Shown piece after piece: positions 1 through 12,032 of a stretch of 64,000 nt of DNA (the stretch's first letter is position 1; every line of letters starts with the position of its first letter). The DNA is from an uncultured Nitrospiraceae bacterium. GTDB taxonomy: Bacteria > Nitrospirota > Thermodesulfovibrionia > Thermodesulfovibrionales > SM23-35. The notes beneath the pieces are model-generated. The model was given only the letters and a program-made list of their open reading frames with translations. It did not search any database and had not been told where the DNA came from. The position numbers were made by a program, and so were the translations under genes. The stretch covers positions 992,001-1,056,000 of the forward strand of contig CAVSHB010000001.1 in the NCBI GenBank assembly GCA_963727775.1, read 5' to 3'.

Positions 1-227
1 TTTAACTCATAATATGCATACCCGATAAGATAGTAAGCATAAGGGTCGGCGTTCTTCTCTACATATTCTTTCAGATAGGGAATGGCTGTTTTATAATCTT
101 TCTTCATATAGGCATTGACAGCCTTATCATAGGGACTGCCCTGTGCCGTTGCGGATACAGCCATTAATAAGACAACGGAGATACAAAGAAAAAATCTGAC
201 TATCCAACTATTTCTTATTACTTTCAT
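1..227 (-). CDS. Secreted TPR-like protein (5' part; runs off the window start)
   Basis: Manual translation from ATG 227: MKVIRNSWIVRFFLCISVVLLMAVSATAQGSPYDKAVNAYMKKDYKTAIPYLKEYVEKNADPYAYYLIGYAYYELK. Signal peptide followed by a TPR-like helix pattern. Confidence 0.7.
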   Translation of the reverse strand, partial: MKVIRNSWIVRFFLCISVVLLMAVSATAQGSPYDKAVNAYMKKDYKTAIPYLKEYVEKNADPYAYYLIGYAYYEL

Positions 228-240
228 AGTTAGTTGCCCC

Positions 241-2550
241 CTAATCAAAATTAAGGTTTTCGCCTTTCTCTTTTATCTTGCGTACCGAAGTGGTCGGCGC
301 AAATTGTTTTGGTTCCGTACCTTCTCTGAAATATTCTTTTATCCCCGCAGTTTCATCTCTTGAAAGAAGGCCTGTTGCCGGGTCTATTACGCGGGTGGTT
401 ATCCCTTCAGGGACAGGGAAGTCTGCCGGGTCTCCGGTTACGACGTTTTTCATGAATGTCACCCATATAGGTGATGCGGCGCGCGCGCCTGTCTCCTGGG
501 GACCCAGCGGTCTTGTATTGTCAAAACCGACCCACACTGCAGCAACCAAGTTGGGTGTATACCCTACGAACCACGCATCTTTGTATTCGTTTGTAGTTCC
601 TGTTTTCCCTGCAACCGGTCTGCCGAGCGCCTTTGCCTTCCATCCTGTACCGTATTTCACAACATCTTCCATCATTGAGGTAATCTGGAAAGCAGTCTGG
701 GGGCTGATGACCTCTACGGCTTCCGGTTCATTGCTTTCAAGAATCATGCCCTTAGAATCCGTAATATATTTAATTGCAATGGGAGTCACCTTCATCCCTT
801 CATTTGCGAATGCACTGTAACATAGGGCAAGCTCAAGCGGAGTAATACTCAATGAGCCGAGCGCGATCGTCAGGTCTCTCGGTACGTCTCTGTCAATCCC
901 GAGATTATTTACAAAGTCCAATATGTTGCCTATTCCAACTGCGTCAACCAACTTAACGGTGACCACATTTCTTGAATATGTCAAGGCTTCTCTCAGACTT
1001 GTAGGTCCATAAAATTTGTGGTCAAAGTTTTCAGGTGTCCATCTTCCGTTCGGTCCTCCGGGATAGGTTACAGGTTCATCCATTATGACGCTCGCAGGAG
1101 TAAACCCATGTTCCAGTGCCGCTGCGTAGAGAATCGGCTTGAATGCGGAACCGGGCTGGCGTCTTGCGAGCACGGCCCTGTTGAAGTCACTCCTCAAGTA
1201 ATCATACCCGCCGATAAGTGCCCTAATGAACCCCGTGTCTTGCTCTATAGCTACCAATGCGCCTTCAACGTCCGGCTCCTGCTCAAGCGACAGCTGGACA
1301 TTGCCGCCGCGCACATTTTTTATGCTTACTCTTATGATATCTCCGGGGCTGAGAATCTGAGGCAGAGTGAAATCTTTCAGGAACTTTACGGTGCCTTTCC
1401 TGGAGTCAATGAGCCTTGAGGCCCACCGTGCATCCTCGATCGAGAGTCTCCCCAGGATACCACGTGTCTTTATAACAGCCTCTCTGTTGCTCACCTTAAC
1501 GACGAGTCCGGAGTATATATCACCCGGGTTTGTAACAACCTGAGAAGTGAAACCCTTTGTCTGCAGCTCTTTTTCAATGTCGATATCTTTTTTATGTTCC
1601 AGTACTCCGCGCCATCCCCTTCTTTTGTCAAGTTCTCTGAGCCCTTCCTGGACCGCCCTTGCCGCAGATAATTGTGCCCTTCTATCCAATGTCGTGTGTA
1701 CCTTTAAGTTGCCCTTATATACCGTCTCTATTCCATATTTATCTTCAAGGTATTTCCTGACATAGTCTATGAAGTAGTTATTCGCTTCTATTCCCTTTCT
1801 TGTGCTTGAAAGATACAAAGGCTGCCTTGAAGCGTTCTCTTTCTCAGACTTTTTAATAAACCCTTCTTCTTCCATCCGCGAGAGCACAATCTGCTGTCTT
1901 TCTTTGGCCCTTGTCATGTCATTATACGGGGAATAGAGCGTCGGCGCTTTAACAAGACCGGCAATGAGCGCCGCCTCCGAAAGGGTTATCTCCTTCACTG
2001 ATTTTCCAAAGTAAGTCCGCGAGGCCATTTCAACACCATACGCTCCGTGCCCGAAATAGATCCTGTTCAGATATAATTCGAGGATCTCTTTTTTGTCCAG
2101 GTTCTTCTCTATTTTTATTGCGAGCGCAGCTTCCCGCAGCTTCCTGCTTAAAGTCTTTTCGGGAGTAAGGAACATTACTTTGGCAAGCTGCTGTGTGATC
2201 GTGCTTCCTCCCTCTTTCAGCCCGGCGTGTATAATATCCTTAACGATAGCCCGCGCTATAGCAATATAATCGATCCCTTTATGCCTCCAGAACCTTGAGT
2301 CTTCAACCGCTATTAAGGCATTTATCATATGCTCGGGGATATTTTTTATTGGTACAAATATGCCTTTTTCCGCTTTGAGTTCGCCGATAAGGACATCGTC
2401 GTCCGCATATATTTTCGTGCCGGCTAACGGATGGAACTGCTTCATCTCCTCTATGGACGGCAACCCCATGCCGAGCGCAAAATAGACGCCGGCGGAAGTC
2501 CCGAGTAAGATGGAAAGCACTGCGAGGATAATGATAGGTTTAAATTTCAT
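241..2550 (-). CDS. mrcA: Penicillin-binding protein 1A (transglycosylase/transpeptidase)
   Basis: N-terminal TM; GT51 motifs EDSRF, GGSTITQQL, RKLRE; transpeptidase motifs SAFK, SRN, KTG. Confidence 0.95.
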   Translation of the reverse strand: MKFKPIIILAVLSILLGTSAGVYFALGMGLPSIEEMKQFHPLAGTKIYADDDVLIGELKAEKGIFVPIKNIPEHMINALIAVEDSRFWRHKGIDYIAIARAIVKDIIHAGLKEGGSTITQQLAKVMFLTPEKTLSRKLREAALAIKIEKNLDKKEILELYLNRIYFGHGAYGVEMASRTYFGKSVKEITLSEAALIAGLVKAPTLYSPYNDMTRAKERQQIVLSRMEEEGFIKKSEKENASRQPLYLSSTRKGIEANNYFIDYVRKYLEDKYGIETVYKGNLKVHTTLDRRAQLSAARAVQEGLRELDKRRGWRGVLEHKKDIDIEKELQTKGFTSQVVTNPGDIYSGLVVKVSNREAVIKTRGILGRLSIEDARWASRLIDSRKGTVKFLKDFTLPQILSPGDIIRVSIKNVRGGNVQLSLEQEPDVEGALVAIEQDTGFIRALIGGYDYLRSDFNRAVLARRQPGSAFKPILYAAALEHGFTPASVIMDEPVTYPGGPNGRWTPENFDHKFYGPTSLREALTYSRNVVTVKLVDAVGIGNILDFVNNLGIDRDVPRDLTIALGSLSITPLELALCYSAFANEGMKVTPIAIKYITDSKGMILESNEPEAVEVISPQTAFQITSMMEDVVKYGTGWKAKALGRPVAGKTGTTNEYKDAWFVGYTPNLVAAVWVGFDNTRPLGPQETGARAASPIWVTFMKNVVTGDPADFPVPEGITTRVIDPATGLLSRDETAGIKEYFREGTEPKQFAPTTSVRKIKEKGENLNFD

Positions 2551-2559
2551 GAATTATAA

Positions 2560-2589
2560 ATTATACCCTTGCCGGAGAAGGACTGTCAA
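2560..2589 (-). promoter_or_regulatory. Sigma70-like promoter of mrcA (TTGACA-18-TATAAT)
   Basis: TGTCAA at 2584-2589 and ATTATA at 2560-2565 on + strand. The ATG is about 10 nt downstream, so the transcript is nearly leaderless. Confidence 0.6.
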
Positions 2590-2645
2590 AAGCACTTCAC
2601 TGTTTACGTTGACTTGAATCTGTTCATAAGGTTAATATTTTTATT

Positions 2646-5600
2646 ATGCATCAGCATTCAGATTATGTTGCCCTTCATCTGCATTCTGAATATAGCTTAC
2701 TCGACGGAGCAATAAAGATAAAAGAGCTTATCGAACAAGCTACGGCTTTCAGGATGCCTGCAGTGGCGATAACAGACCACGGCAATCTTTTCGGGGCCGT
2801 GGAATTTTACAGGCTCGCTATCAAAGCCGGTATAAAACCGATCATCGGCTGCGAGGTTTATATGGCGCCGGGCAGCCGTTTTGATAAAAGACAGGGGCAG
2901 GACAATGAAGGGTCGTTTTTCCACCTAATATTGCTTGCCAAAGATAACAGCGGCTACCGCAACCTTGTCACGATGGTGACAAAGGCATATACAGAGGGTT
3001 TCTATTATAAACCGAGAATAGATATCAACCTTCTCGAACAATACAGCGGCGGGCTGATAGGTCTTACCGCATGCCTGAAAGGGGAGGTGCCTTATTATCT
3101 TCAGAAAGGGATGGTAGATAAGGCAAGGGAGAAGGCGCTCGAATACAAGCATATACTCGGTCCGGAGAATTTTTATATCGAGGTCCAGGACAACGGGCTA
3201 CCGGAACAGGAAGAGGTAAACAAAAAACTTGTAGAGCTTGCTAATGAGCTGCATATCGGCATCGTGGCCACCAACGACTGCCATTACCTGAGGCGGGAGG
3301 ACGCAAAGGCGCATGATATCCTGCTTTGCATCCAGACAGGCAAAACAGTGAACGACAGAGAACGCCTGCGGTTTCATTCGGACAACTTCTATTTTAAGTC
3401 GCCCGAAGAAATGAAAAATGCTTTCAAAGACATGCCGGAGGCAGTCCTGAACACGAGGGTGATTGCCGAGAAGTGCAACGTGGAATTCAGGCTTGGCGCA
3501 AACATGCTTCCGAAATATGAGCTTGAAAACGGCGGTTCACCGGATGTTCTGCTTGAAAAACTTGCCTATGAAGGGCTGTCGAACAGGATGGGAGAGCAAA
3601 CGGACACTTTCTATAAAGAAAGACTCGTCAGGGAGCTCGATATAATCAAAAAAATGGATTATGCATCATATTTTCTTATCGTGTGGGATTTTATCAGCTA
3701 TGCGAAAAGCAAAGGCATCCCGGTCGGTCCTGGAAGGGGCTCAGCGGCAGGCAGCCTTGTATCATTCTGCCTCGGCATTACCGATATTGATCCGGTCAAT
3801 TACAACCTTCTCTTCGAGCGGTTTCTCAACCCTGAAAGGATAAGCATGCCGGATATAGATGTCGATTTTTGCAAAGACAGAAGGTCTGAAGTCATTGCAT
3901 ACGTTTCCGAGAAATACGGTAAAGACCATGTTGCCCAGATAATTACCTTTGGAACCATGGCGGCAAAGGCCGCGATAAGAGACGTCGGCAGGGCTCTTGA
4001 CTTTCCATATTCCGAGGTGGACAAGATTGCTAAACTGGTGCCGAACACGTTGAACATTACGATTGAAGAGGCCTTGAAGGCCGAACCTCAACTGAAAGCT
4101 TTGTACGAAAATAATCCGAGGATAAATGAATTGCTGACCATTGCCATGAGGCTCGAAGGGCTCAGCAGACATGCGTCAACCCATGCAGCCGGGGTTGTAA
4201 TTTCGCCCGCGCCTTTAACAGATGTTACACCCCTTTACAAGAACCCCTCGGATGACAGTATCGTGACACAATTCGATATGGGGTCTATCGAGAAGATAGG
4301 CCTTCTAAAATTCGATTTCCTGGGTTTAAAGACGTTGACGGTGATTGATAAGGCCCTTAATTATATCAGGGATAACGGCAAGGATTTTTCGCTGAAAGAA
4401 ATATCTCTCGATGATGAAAAGACGTATGAGCTTTTGAGTTCCGGGCACACGACAGGTATCTTCCAGCTTGAAAGCGCCGGCATGAGAGATCTGCTTGTCA
4501 GGATCACTCCGAACAGGTTTGAAGACCTCATAGCCATTGTCGCGCTTCACCGTCCCGGCCCTATGGGCAGTGGTATGGTAGATGAATTCATAAAGAGGAA
4601 AAAAGGCAAGATCCCCGTTAGGTACGACCTGCCTCAACTGAAAGAAATTCTCGATGAGACCTACGGCGTGATCCTTTATCAGGAACAGGTCATGAGGATC
4701 GCGAATAAGCTCGCAAATTTCAGTATGGGACAGGCTGATATACTCAGGAAAGCCATGGGAAAGAAAAGACCCGAAGATATGGAGAAACAGAAGGAGGCGT
4801 TTATACAGGGCGCGCTGGCAAACGGGATTTCTGAGAAGAAGGCCAAAAAAATCTTTGACTTAATGGCATATTTTGCCGAGTACGGCTTCAATAAATCGCA
4901 CTCCGCGGCATACGCTTATGTAACTTATCAAACGGCATATTTAAAAGCGCACTTTCCGGTTGAATTCATGGCTGCTACCCTAAGCGCTGATATGGACAAC
5001 ACCGACAAGATCGTTAAATCGATAGCTGGATGTTTCGAAATGGGGATCCAAATCCTACCTCCTGATATTAATTTTTCAGGCAAAGAGTTTAAGGTTGTCG
5101 GAAACTCTATCCGGTTCGGGCTTGAAGCGGTCAAAGGAGTCGGATCATCGGCGATAGAATCTATAATCGATTCGAGGAATACCGCCGGAGTATTTTTATC
5201 TCTATCCAATTTCTTCGAGAAAGTGGATCAAAGGAAAGTAAATAAGAAAGTAGTCGAAAGCCTGATAAAGTCAGGCGCATTCGATTCGCTGGATATAACA
5301 AGGGCGCAAGCAATAGAATTAATGACCAGGGTCCTTAACGGAAGCTCAAAGATTTCCACTGCGTTGTTTCTCGGCCAGCAGAGCATTTTTGGCGAGTCCC
5401 CTGAGGAAACAGGAACTGCGCAAGAGTGGAGCGAGGAAGAACGCCTGAAATATGAAAAAGAGGCGCTCGGTTTTTACATAACAGGCCACCCTTTAACAAA
5501 ATATGACAGGCTGCTCGATAAAATAGGTACAAAAAAGACATCGGAACTCGATGAAATACCCGACGGCCAGGAAATAAAGATAGGCGGTATACTGACGAGC

Positions 5601-6062
5601 ATAAAGAAAGTTCAGACAAAGTCAAAGGCTGAGATAATGGCGTATTGCACGCTTGAAGACCCTGTCGGCCATGTTGAGATAATTGTTTTCCCTGATCTGT
5701 ACAGGGCAAAATTATCCGTTCTCCAGAAAGACACGCCGCTCCTTGTAGAAGGGACTCTTGATAAAACGGAAAAAGGAGTAAAGATCGTCTCTACGGAGAT
5801 ATCGAAGCTGGATTCCGTTGACACAAAGATGGGTCGGAAAGTCGAGATAAGTCTCAGGCTTCCAATGACGGGGGAATCGCATCTTCAGACATTAAAGTCC
5901 CTGCTGCTTTCAAACGGCAAAGGAAAATATCCTTTGCACCTGAGAATATTCCATAACGGCATCGAAACATTGGTTGCTACCGGGATGACAGTTTCCGGAA
6001 ACGGAGAGATCATAAGCAGAATAGAAGAAATTGCGGGAAAGGGGGCTGTGACTTTTCAATGA
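2646..6062 (+). CDS. dnaE: DNA polymerase III alpha subunit
   Basis: PHP domain [38 protein letters not shown]; 1138 aa. Confidence 0.98.
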   Translation: MHQHSDYVALHLHSEYSLLDGAIKIKELIEQATAFRMPAVAITDHGNLFGAVEFYRLAIKAGIKPIIGCEVYMAPGSRFDKRQGQDNEGSFFHLILLAKDNSGYRNLVTMVTKAYTEGFYYKPRIDINLLEQYSGGLIGLTACLKGEVPYYLQKGMVDKAREKALEYKHILGPENFYIEVQDNGLPEQEEVNKKLVELANELHIGIVATNDCHYLRREDAKAHDILLCIQTGKTVNDRERLRFHSDNFYFKSPEEMKNAFKDMPEAVLNTRVIAEKCNVEFRLGANMLPKYELENGGSPDVLLEKLAYEGLSNRMGEQTDTFYKERLVRELDIIKKMDYASYFLIVWDFISYAKSKGIPVGPGRGSAAGSLVSFCLGITDIDPVNYNLLFERFLNPERISMPDIDVDFCKDRRSEVIAYVSEKYGKDHVAQIITFGTMAAKAAIRDVGRALDFPYSEVDKIAKLVPNTLNITIEEALKAEPQLKALYENNPRINELLTIAMRLEGLSRHASTHAAGVVISPAPLTDVTPLYKNPSDDSIVTQFDMGSIEKIGLLKFDFLGLKTLTVIDKALNYIRDNGKDFSLKEISLDDEKTYELLSSGHTTGIFQLESAGMRDLLVRITPNRFEDLIAIVALHRPGPMGSGMVDEFIKRKKGKIPVRYDLPQLKEILDETYGVILYQEQVMRIANKLANFSMGQADILRKAMGKKRPEDMEKQKEAFIQGALANGISEKKAKKIFDLMAYFAEYGFNKSHSAAYAYVTYQTAYLKAHFPVEFMAATLSADMDNTDKIVKSIAGCFEMGIQILPPDINFSGKEFKVVGNSIRFGLEAVKGVGSSAIESIIDSRNTAGVFLSLSNFFEKVDQRKVNKKVVESLIKSGAFDSLDITRAQAIELMTRVLNGSSKISTALFLGQQSIFGESPEETGTAQEWSEEERLKYEKEALGFYITGHPLTKYDRLLDKIGTKKTSELDEIPDGQEIKIGGILTSIKKVQTKSKAEIMAYCTLEDPVGHVEIIVFPDLYRAKLSVLQKDTPLLVEGTLDKTEKGVKIVSTEISKLDSVDTKMGRKVEISLRLPMTGESHLQTLKSLLLSNGKGKYPLHLRIFHNGIETLVATGMTVSGNGEIISRIEEIAGKGAVTFQ

Positions 6063-7039
6063 TCAGATCTTACCTTGAATTCGAAAGGCCCATCGAAGAA
6101 CTTGAACTGAAAATAGACGAGCTCAAACGTATATCTGACGGGAAAGATATTGATCTATCGAGCGAGATAAGGAAACTTGAAAAGAAGGTAAAGGACCTTC
6201 GTTCAGAGATATTCTCTGCGCTTACTCCCTGGCAAAGAACTCTTATCGCGAGGCATCCGGACAGACCGTATACATTGGATTATATAAGCATGATGACAAA
6301 TGACTTTGTTGAATTGCACGGCGACAGAAGATTCTCGGATGACCCGGCTATTGTAGCCGGCGCCGCAAAGATCAATAATATTCCGGTAGTGATTGCAGGC
6401 CACCAGAAGGGGAGGGGGACAAAGGAAAGGATATATCGCAACTTCGGACAGCCAAACCCGGAAGGATACAGAAAGGCGCTCAGGGTGATGAAACTCGCAG
6501 AGAAATTTAAGAGGCCGGTCATAACCTTTATTGATACACCCGGTGCATATCCGGGCATAGGCGCTGAAGAGAGGGGCCAGGCGGAAGCCATAGCCGTGAA
6601 CCTGATGGAGATGTCAAGACTGAGGACCCCGGTTATTTCAGTGGTAATAGGGGAAGGTGGAAGCGGAGGGGCCCTTGCGCTCGGCATCGCAGACCGTCTT
6701 TTTATGCTCGAACACTCGAGTTATTCCGTTATCTCTCCCGAAGGGTGCGCTGCGATACTCTGGAAAAAGAACGGCGATCTCGGTACAGAAGATTTCTCAA
6801 AAGCGGCGGACGCGCTTAAACTTACTTCGCAGGACCTGCTGAATTTCAAGATTATAGATGGTATTGTACCTGAACCGCTCGGAGGGGCACACAGAGACCC
6901 CGATGCGGCGGCAAAAAATATATCCGAATATATTGTAACCGCACTTGAAGAATTAAAGACGAAGACACCGGGAAAACTTTTGGAAGAAAGATATAAGAGA
7001 TACAGAAGAATAGGGAGTTTTGTTGAAGAAGCGGAATAA
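6059..7039 (+). CDS. accA: Acetyl-CoA carboxylase carboxyltransferase alpha subunit
   Basis: [37 protein letters not shown] overlap with dnaE. Confidence 0.97.
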   Translation: MIRSYLEFERPIEELELKIDELKRISDGKDIDLSSEIRKLEKKVKDLRSEIFSALTPWQRTLIARHPDRPYTLDYISMMTNDFVELHGDRRFSDDPAIVAGAAKINNIPVVIAGHQKGRGTKERIYRNFGQPNPEGYRKALRVMKLAEKFKRPVITFIDTPGAYPGIGAEERGQAEAIAVNLMEMSRLRTPVISVVIGEGGSGGALALGIADRLFMLEHSSYSVISPEGCAAILWKKNGDLGTEDFSKAADALKLTSQDLLNFKIIDGIVPEPLGGAHRDPDAAAKNISEYIVTALEELKTKTPGKLLEERYKRYRRIGSFVEEAE

Positions 7040-7066
7040 CCGGCAGCATGAAAGGAGATCTTATTA

Positions 7067-7291
7067 ATGGCGGTAGTTTTATTAGATACGACCGGGCTTA
7101 AATGCCCTCAGCCGGTATTAAAGATAGCGGCAAAATCGCCTGATATGAAGCCCGGCGAGACACTTGAGGTTATCGGGGATTGTCCTACCTTTGAAAGAGA
7201 TATCCGTGCCTGGTGCACCAGGTTGAAAAAAACACTCCTCTTTTTAAAGGACGAAGGCTCTGGAAAGATGAGATGCCAGATTCGGTTTTAG
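7067..7291 (+). CDS. tusA: TusA/SirA family sulfurtransferase
   Basis: LDTTGLKCPQP (CPxP motif), 74 aa, upstream AAAGGAG RBS. Confidence 0.85.
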   Translation: MAVVLLDTTGLKCPQPVLKIAAKSPDMKPGETLEVIGDCPTFERDIRAWCTRLKKTLLFLKDEGSGKMRCQIRF

Positions 7292-7335
7292 CGTTGGATT
7301 CAGTGGGTTTCTGAAGACCTGCGCAAGCCTTAGAG

Positions 7336-9147
7336 ATGGCGGATACAAGCAGTAAAACGGGCATGCTGACAAAACTCTCCACTTTACCGGTGAAACCGGG
7401 CATTTATATCTTTAAAAACGCGCGGGAACGGACACTATATGTTGGTAAGGCAAAGAACCTTAGGAATCGGGTAAGAAGTTATTTCCGCAAATCTTCGGGG
7501 CTCGACGCCCGCAAAACAGCCATGATGAGAGAAGTCAGGAACTTCAGTTATATAGTGACCGGGAATGAACTTGAAGCCTTTGTGCTCGAAGCAAACCTGA
7601 TAAAACAATACAAACCCAGGTTTAACGTAATCCTGAAAGATGACAAGAATTATCCTTACCTTAAATTAACTGTCAACGAAGAATGGCCACGGCTCGAAGT
7701 CGTAAGAAAAATTACAAAGGACGGCGCTTTATATTTCGGACCTTATGTGCCGGCAGGCACAATGTGGAAAACTCTGGACTTCATAAGGCGAAACTTTCAG
7801 ATAAGGGATTGCAGTTATACACTCGGCAAGAAAATGAGGCCGTGCATCCAGTATCAGATGGGCAGGTGTCTTGCCCCGTGCGACGGACATATCACCAGGA
7901 AAGAATATCTGAAGCTTATCAATGAGATCAGACAGTTCCTGAGCGGAAAAAAAAGAGACTTGACCGCCAAGCTCGAAAAAAGGATGGTAAGGCTTTCCGG
8001 AGAATTAAAATTTGAAGAAGCCGCGGGGGTAAGAGACAGAATTAGGGCGATAGAGAAGGCATGGGAATCACAGAAGGTCGTTGACCCCGAACTCGGAGAC
8101 ATAGACGTAATTGGTTTTTACAGAGAATTGGATGAGGTATCATTTAAAGTTTTTTTTATAAGGAACGGAGTTATGATCGGTTCAAAAGATTTCTTTATCA
8201 GGCACACTGAAGATGTATCTGATAAAGAGTTATTTCATGCTTTTATTACACAGTTCTACGCGAAAGAGATTATCCCGCCATCGGAGGTAGTTTCCGCTGT
8301 TATGCCCGAAGAAGCGCGGTCCCTTAAGAGATGGCTTGGCGGTCGAAGGGGTGGCGTTGTAAAGATCCCGGCTCCAAAATCGGGCAAGAAAAAAGAACTG
8401 GTGGATATGGCATCGGAAAATGCCCAACTTATATTTAAATCGCAGAGGGATGTAAAGACGGATGAAATCCTGCGGGAGATACAAGAAAGGTTCAGGCTTG
8501 AGAAGGTCCCGAAGTCTGCGGGCGCGTTAGATGTCTCGAATATCTCGGGGGAAATGGCTGTGGGCGCATTTGTTTACTGGGCTGGAGGGATGTTCAGGAA
8601 AGATATGTACAGGAGGTTGAAGATAAAGACAGTAAAAGGGATTGATGATTATTCGATGATGGCTGAAATAGTCGGAAGGACCATAAATAATCTTAAGGAC
8701 AAATTACCCGAGGTTGTTATTATTGACGGCGGTAGGGGACATCTGGAAACGGCCAGGAAGATTTTTGAAAAGAATATGGGGGTATTGAGCAGCCTTCCTG
8801 CGCTGATTGCCGTTGCGAAAGACCCGGACAGGGCCTATATGACAACTTCAGCTGAACCGTTAGACCTTGAAGACCGGCGGCTGTCATCGCTTTTTTTGCA
8901 AAGGATGAGGGACGAGGCGCACAGATTTGCCGTGGGCTATCACAGAAAATTGCGGGAGAAGGGGCTGTTGCAGTCGCCTCTGGAAAATATTCCCGGCATC
9001 GGCAGAAAACGACGGCTTGAACTTTTAAGGGTTTTTGGTAGTATAGAAGACATGCGGAATTCAAACGTCGATGAGATCAAGAAAATCAGGGGATTCAATA
9101 AGAAGGTAGCAGAAGAGCTTTTAAACGCTTTGAGAAAGACGTCATGA
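7336..9147 (+). CDS. uvrC: Excinuclease ABC subunit C
   Basis: GIY-YIG region (PGIY..YVGKAKNLRNRV), IDGGRGH, RDEAHRFA, C-terminal HhH. Confidence 0.96.
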   Translation: MADTSSKTGMLTKLSTLPVKPGIYIFKNARERTLYVGKAKNLRNRVRSYFRKSSGLDARKTAMMREVRNFSYIVTGNELEAFVLEANLIKQYKPRFNVILKDDKNYPYLKLTVNEEWPRLEVVRKITKDGALYFGPYVPAGTMWKTLDFIRRNFQIRDCSYTLGKKMRPCIQYQMGRCLAPCDGHITRKEYLKLINEIRQFLSGKKRDLTAKLEKRMVRLSGELKFEEAAGVRDRIRAIEKAWESQKVVDPELGDIDVIGFYRELDEVSFKVFFIRNGVMIGSKDFFIRHTEDVSDKELFHAFITQFYAKEIIPPSEVVSAVMPEEARSLKRWLGGRRGGVVKIPAPKSGKKKELVDMASENAQLIFKSQRDVKTDEILREIQERFRLEKVPKSAGALDVSNISGEMAVGAFVYWAGGMFRKDMYRRLKIKTVKGIDDYSMMAEIVGRTINNLKDKLPEVVIIDGGRGHLETARKIFEKNMGVLSSLPALIAVAKDPDRAYMTTSAEPLDLEDRRLSSLFLQRMRDEAHRFAVGYHRKLREKGLLQSPLENIPGIGRKRRLELLRVFGSIEDMRNSNVDEIKKIRGFNKKVAEELLNALRKTS

Positions 9148-9728
9148 GAAGAATAATTTTAATTTTTTTACTGCTGATGCTTTGTCCTGTTTATGCAGGA
9201 GCGGAATATAATATCTACCTTAAGAACGGTTCCGTCATATCGGGTGTACGCTCATACGAAGCATCCGACGAAGAAGTTGCCGTTTATTTTGGGGCAGGTT
9301 CAATGACGATATCCAAAAAAGATATTTTGAAGATCGAAGGGAGCGAAGCTCCCGATAAAGATATCCGGACGGAAGACACAGGGAAAAAGCAGGCGCAACC
9401 GGAAAAACAGGATACGCCCGCAAACATGGCGGCCCCATCCCGGGGCGCAGAGAACAAGAGTGATCGGCTGAATACGTTGAGGTCTGAAATAGATACGCTT
9501 AATTCGGAGATTGCAGCCGTAAATGAACAGGAGAAACGGCTGGTTACAGAGATAAATGAAAGAATCGGTAGGAGGTCTAATTATGACACTATGCAGCTCA
9601 GACTGTTGGAAAAGGATCTGGAGCCGTTGCGCCGGGAGTTGTCCGGAGTACAGCAGAAGAAACAGGGACTTATGCAGAGAAAATCCGCACTTGAAGCTGA
9701 ACTCAGACCACCGGAGCAAAAAGAATGA
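9144..9728 (+). CDS. Secreted hypothetical protein with C-terminal coiled coil
   Basis: Signal peptide, small beta domain (IYLKNGSVI), linker, heptad-rich C-terminus; ATGA overlap with uvrC. Confidence 0.75.
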   Translation: MRRIILIFLLLMLCPVYAGAEYNIYLKNGSVISGVRSYEASDEEVAVYFGAGSMTISKKDILKIEGSEAPDKDIRTEDTGKKQAQPEKQDTPANMAAPSRGAENKSDRLNTLRSEIDTLNSEIAAVNEQEKRLVTEINERIGRRSNYDTMQLRLLEKDLEPLRRELSGVQQKKQGLMQRKSALEAELRPPEQKE

Positions 9729-9774
9729 AGATGTGGTTCTCTTGTAATAATTTATTGCTGGGCGAGGAGATATC

Positions 9775-10707
9775 GTGAACATATATATTTCAGGTTCTAT
9801 GGCGTATGACAGGATTATGGACTTCCCCGGAAAGTTTTCAGACCACATCCTTCCGGACAAGATACACATACTGAATGTCTGTTTTAATGTGAACGGGATG
9901 TATGAAAAATTTGGAGGTACGGCGGGAAATATAGCATATTCACTCAGCCTTCTGAACGAACGCCCGCGTATTATTGCTACGATAGGCAAGGACTATCATA
10001 ATTATTTTGATTGGCTGAATAAGAACAATATACCTGTAGACGGTATCAGGATCATTCAAGAAGAACTTACCGCCGGGGCGTATATAACAACTGATATGTC
10101 GGATAATCAGATAACCGGGTTTAATCCCGGAGCAATGAAATATCCTTCAAAGTACAGGTTTGCTGATGAAGTTTCTGAAAACGCAATCGGCCTTATAGCC
10201 CCGGGAAACATCCAGGATATGATCGAATATGCAGATACATGGCGGAATAAAGGCCTACAGTATATCTGTGATCCGGGACAGTCCCTCTCAAAATGGGAAG
10301 GGAAAGCCATGAGGGATTGGATCAAAGGCTCGAGGCTTCTGATATCCAACGATTATGAGCTTGAGATGATTATGAAGATGACCGGCCTGGATAAAAAAGG
10401 GCTCTTGGGTCTTACAAAGACAATCATCACGACACTTGCTGAAAAAGGGTCTTTGATAAGCGCTTTAGGGTTTGAAGTTCACGTTCCCGCATCAGGGGTC
10501 CAGAATGTTAAAGATCCGACAGGCGCGGGCGATGCTTACAGGGCCGGACTGATCAAGGGGATTGTTATGGGAAAGGGTCTTGAGACTGCTGCGAAGATCG
10601 GGACGGTCGCGGCTGCATACGCGATAGAGAAATACGGGACCCAGGAGCATCGATATACATACGAAGAGTTTGTTGAAAGATACAGGTCCAATTTCGGTGA
10701 ATTATAA
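9775..10707 (+). CDS. PfkB family carbohydrate/adenosine kinase
   Basis: GSMAYD, FGGTAGNIAY, DPGQ, DPTGAGDAYRAG. Confidence 0.9.
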   Translation: MNIYISGSMAYDRIMDFPGKFSDHILPDKIHILNVCFNVNGMYEKFGGTAGNIAYSLSLLNERPRIIATIGKDYHNYFDWLNKNNIPVDGIRIIQEELTAGAYITTDMSDNQITGFNPGAMKYPSKYRFADEVSENAIGLIAPGNIQDMIEYADTWRNKGLQYICDPGQSLSKWEGKAMRDWIKGSRLLISNDYELEMIMKMTGLDKKGLLGLTKTIITTLAEKGSLISALGFEVHVPASGVQNVKDPTGAGDAYRAGLIKGIVMGKGLETAAKIGTVAAAYAIEKYGTQEHRYTYEEFVERYRSNFGEL

Positions 10708-10724
10708 ATTGTTGCGATCTTACC

Positions 10725-11846
10725 GTGATCAATGAAACAGCGCTAAAAGCCTACCTTCTTAACAGCTTCAGCGATGCTATCCAGGTGGATATCAATAAAC
10801 TTGGTTCAGGTGTACAGGGGTCCGGTTTTCTCGTTGATTTGAAAACATCGGCCGGTATCCGGTCGTATGTAGTAAAAACACTCCTTTCAGAAGGCCTGGG
10901 ACATGATTATCCTTCCGACAGGGCGTCGGTATTTCTTCTCGACCTGGATGAATACAAATACCTGCCGAGGCACGTTAAGGCGCTGGATGTGCTGTCCGAG
11001 ATGGAAGACGGTTCGATAAAGTCTGTCGGCGGGGGAAAAGAATATTACCTCTTGATGGAGAGGGCGGAGGGTAAACATTATTTCAATGACCTGACGGAAT
11101 TTTCAAGAAAAGACCGCCTTAATGATACAGATATCAACAGGATAAAAAAGATGGCCTCATATCTTGCCGATATACACGCAATTAAGAAGGATTCCAAAGC
11201 GCTCTACTGGCGGAAGTTAAGGGACACGGTCGGCCATGGCGAATGCCTGATGGGGGTATTCGATACATACCCTGACGGAACGCTTACCTATAAAGAAATG
11301 GCTGATATCATCAAAAAATCGGTTGATTGGTATGCGATGCTGAAACCGAGATACAATAGGTTGGCGCAGATACACGGGGATTTCCATCCGGGAAATATAT
11401 GGTTTAAAGAAGCATGCAAACAGGGGTCGGTAGGCAGCAGTCAGGAGATTTCATCCGATTTGTCCTCCTCCGGCAATGGAGAGACTGGAGAGGCGGATTT
11501 TATTCTCCTTGACAGGAGCAGGGGGCCGTGGGGTGAGCCGGCAGATGACATTACCGCACTTGCAATAAATTATATATTTTTCTCAATAAAGAACTACGGA
11601 GATGTAAGAGGGACATATCTTGAAGGGTTGAATTTGTTTTTTTATGAATACATTAAGGCTTCGGGAGATAAAGCTCTGACAGAAGTTGTTGCGCCTTTCT
11701 TTGCATTCAGAGGCGTCGTTGTTGCAAACCCGGTTTTTTATCCTGAACTTACATCGGAACAGAGAAGGCTTATTTTCCGGTTTGTCAATAATGTTCTTCA
11801 AGACGACAGTTTCAAACTCAACAGGATAAATGATTATTTGAAGTGA
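10725..11846 (+). CDS. Aminoglycoside phosphotransferase-like (APH/choline kinase fold) kinase
   Basis: Gly loop LGSGVQGSG, HGDFHPGNI catalytic loop, LLDRSRG. Confidence 0.8.
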   Translation: MINETALKAYLLNSFSDAIQVDINKLGSGVQGSGFLVDLKTSAGIRSYVVKTLLSEGLGHDYPSDRASVFLLDLDEYKYLPRHVKALDVLSEMEDGSIKSVGGGKEYYLLMERAEGKHYFNDLTEFSRKDRLNDTDINRIKKMASYLADIHAIKKDSKALYWRKLRDTVGHGECLMGVFDTYPDGTLTYKEMADIIKKSVDWYAMLKPRYNRLAQIHGDFHPGNIWFKEACKQGSVGSSQEISSDLSSSGNGETGEADFILLDRSRGPWGEPADDITALAINYIFFSIKNYGDVRGTYLEGLNLFFYEYIKASGDKALTEVVAPFFAFRGVVVANPVFYPELTSEQRRLIFRFVNNVLQDDSFKLNRINDYLK

Positions 11847-12032
11847 GCACCGGCGGCAGTCTATGTGCCGGAAATATTTTTGAAATTACAAAAATTCTTC
11901 AGGCGCATGAGCATGGAACCCTTCAAGTGAAAACAAGAGGAACTGGATAATGTTAGATACAGTAGCCAACGGATCAAGTTGGCCGGTATATCGAGCCCAG
12001 TGCAAGGATAGTGGCCTTTAGCGACCTCGCTC

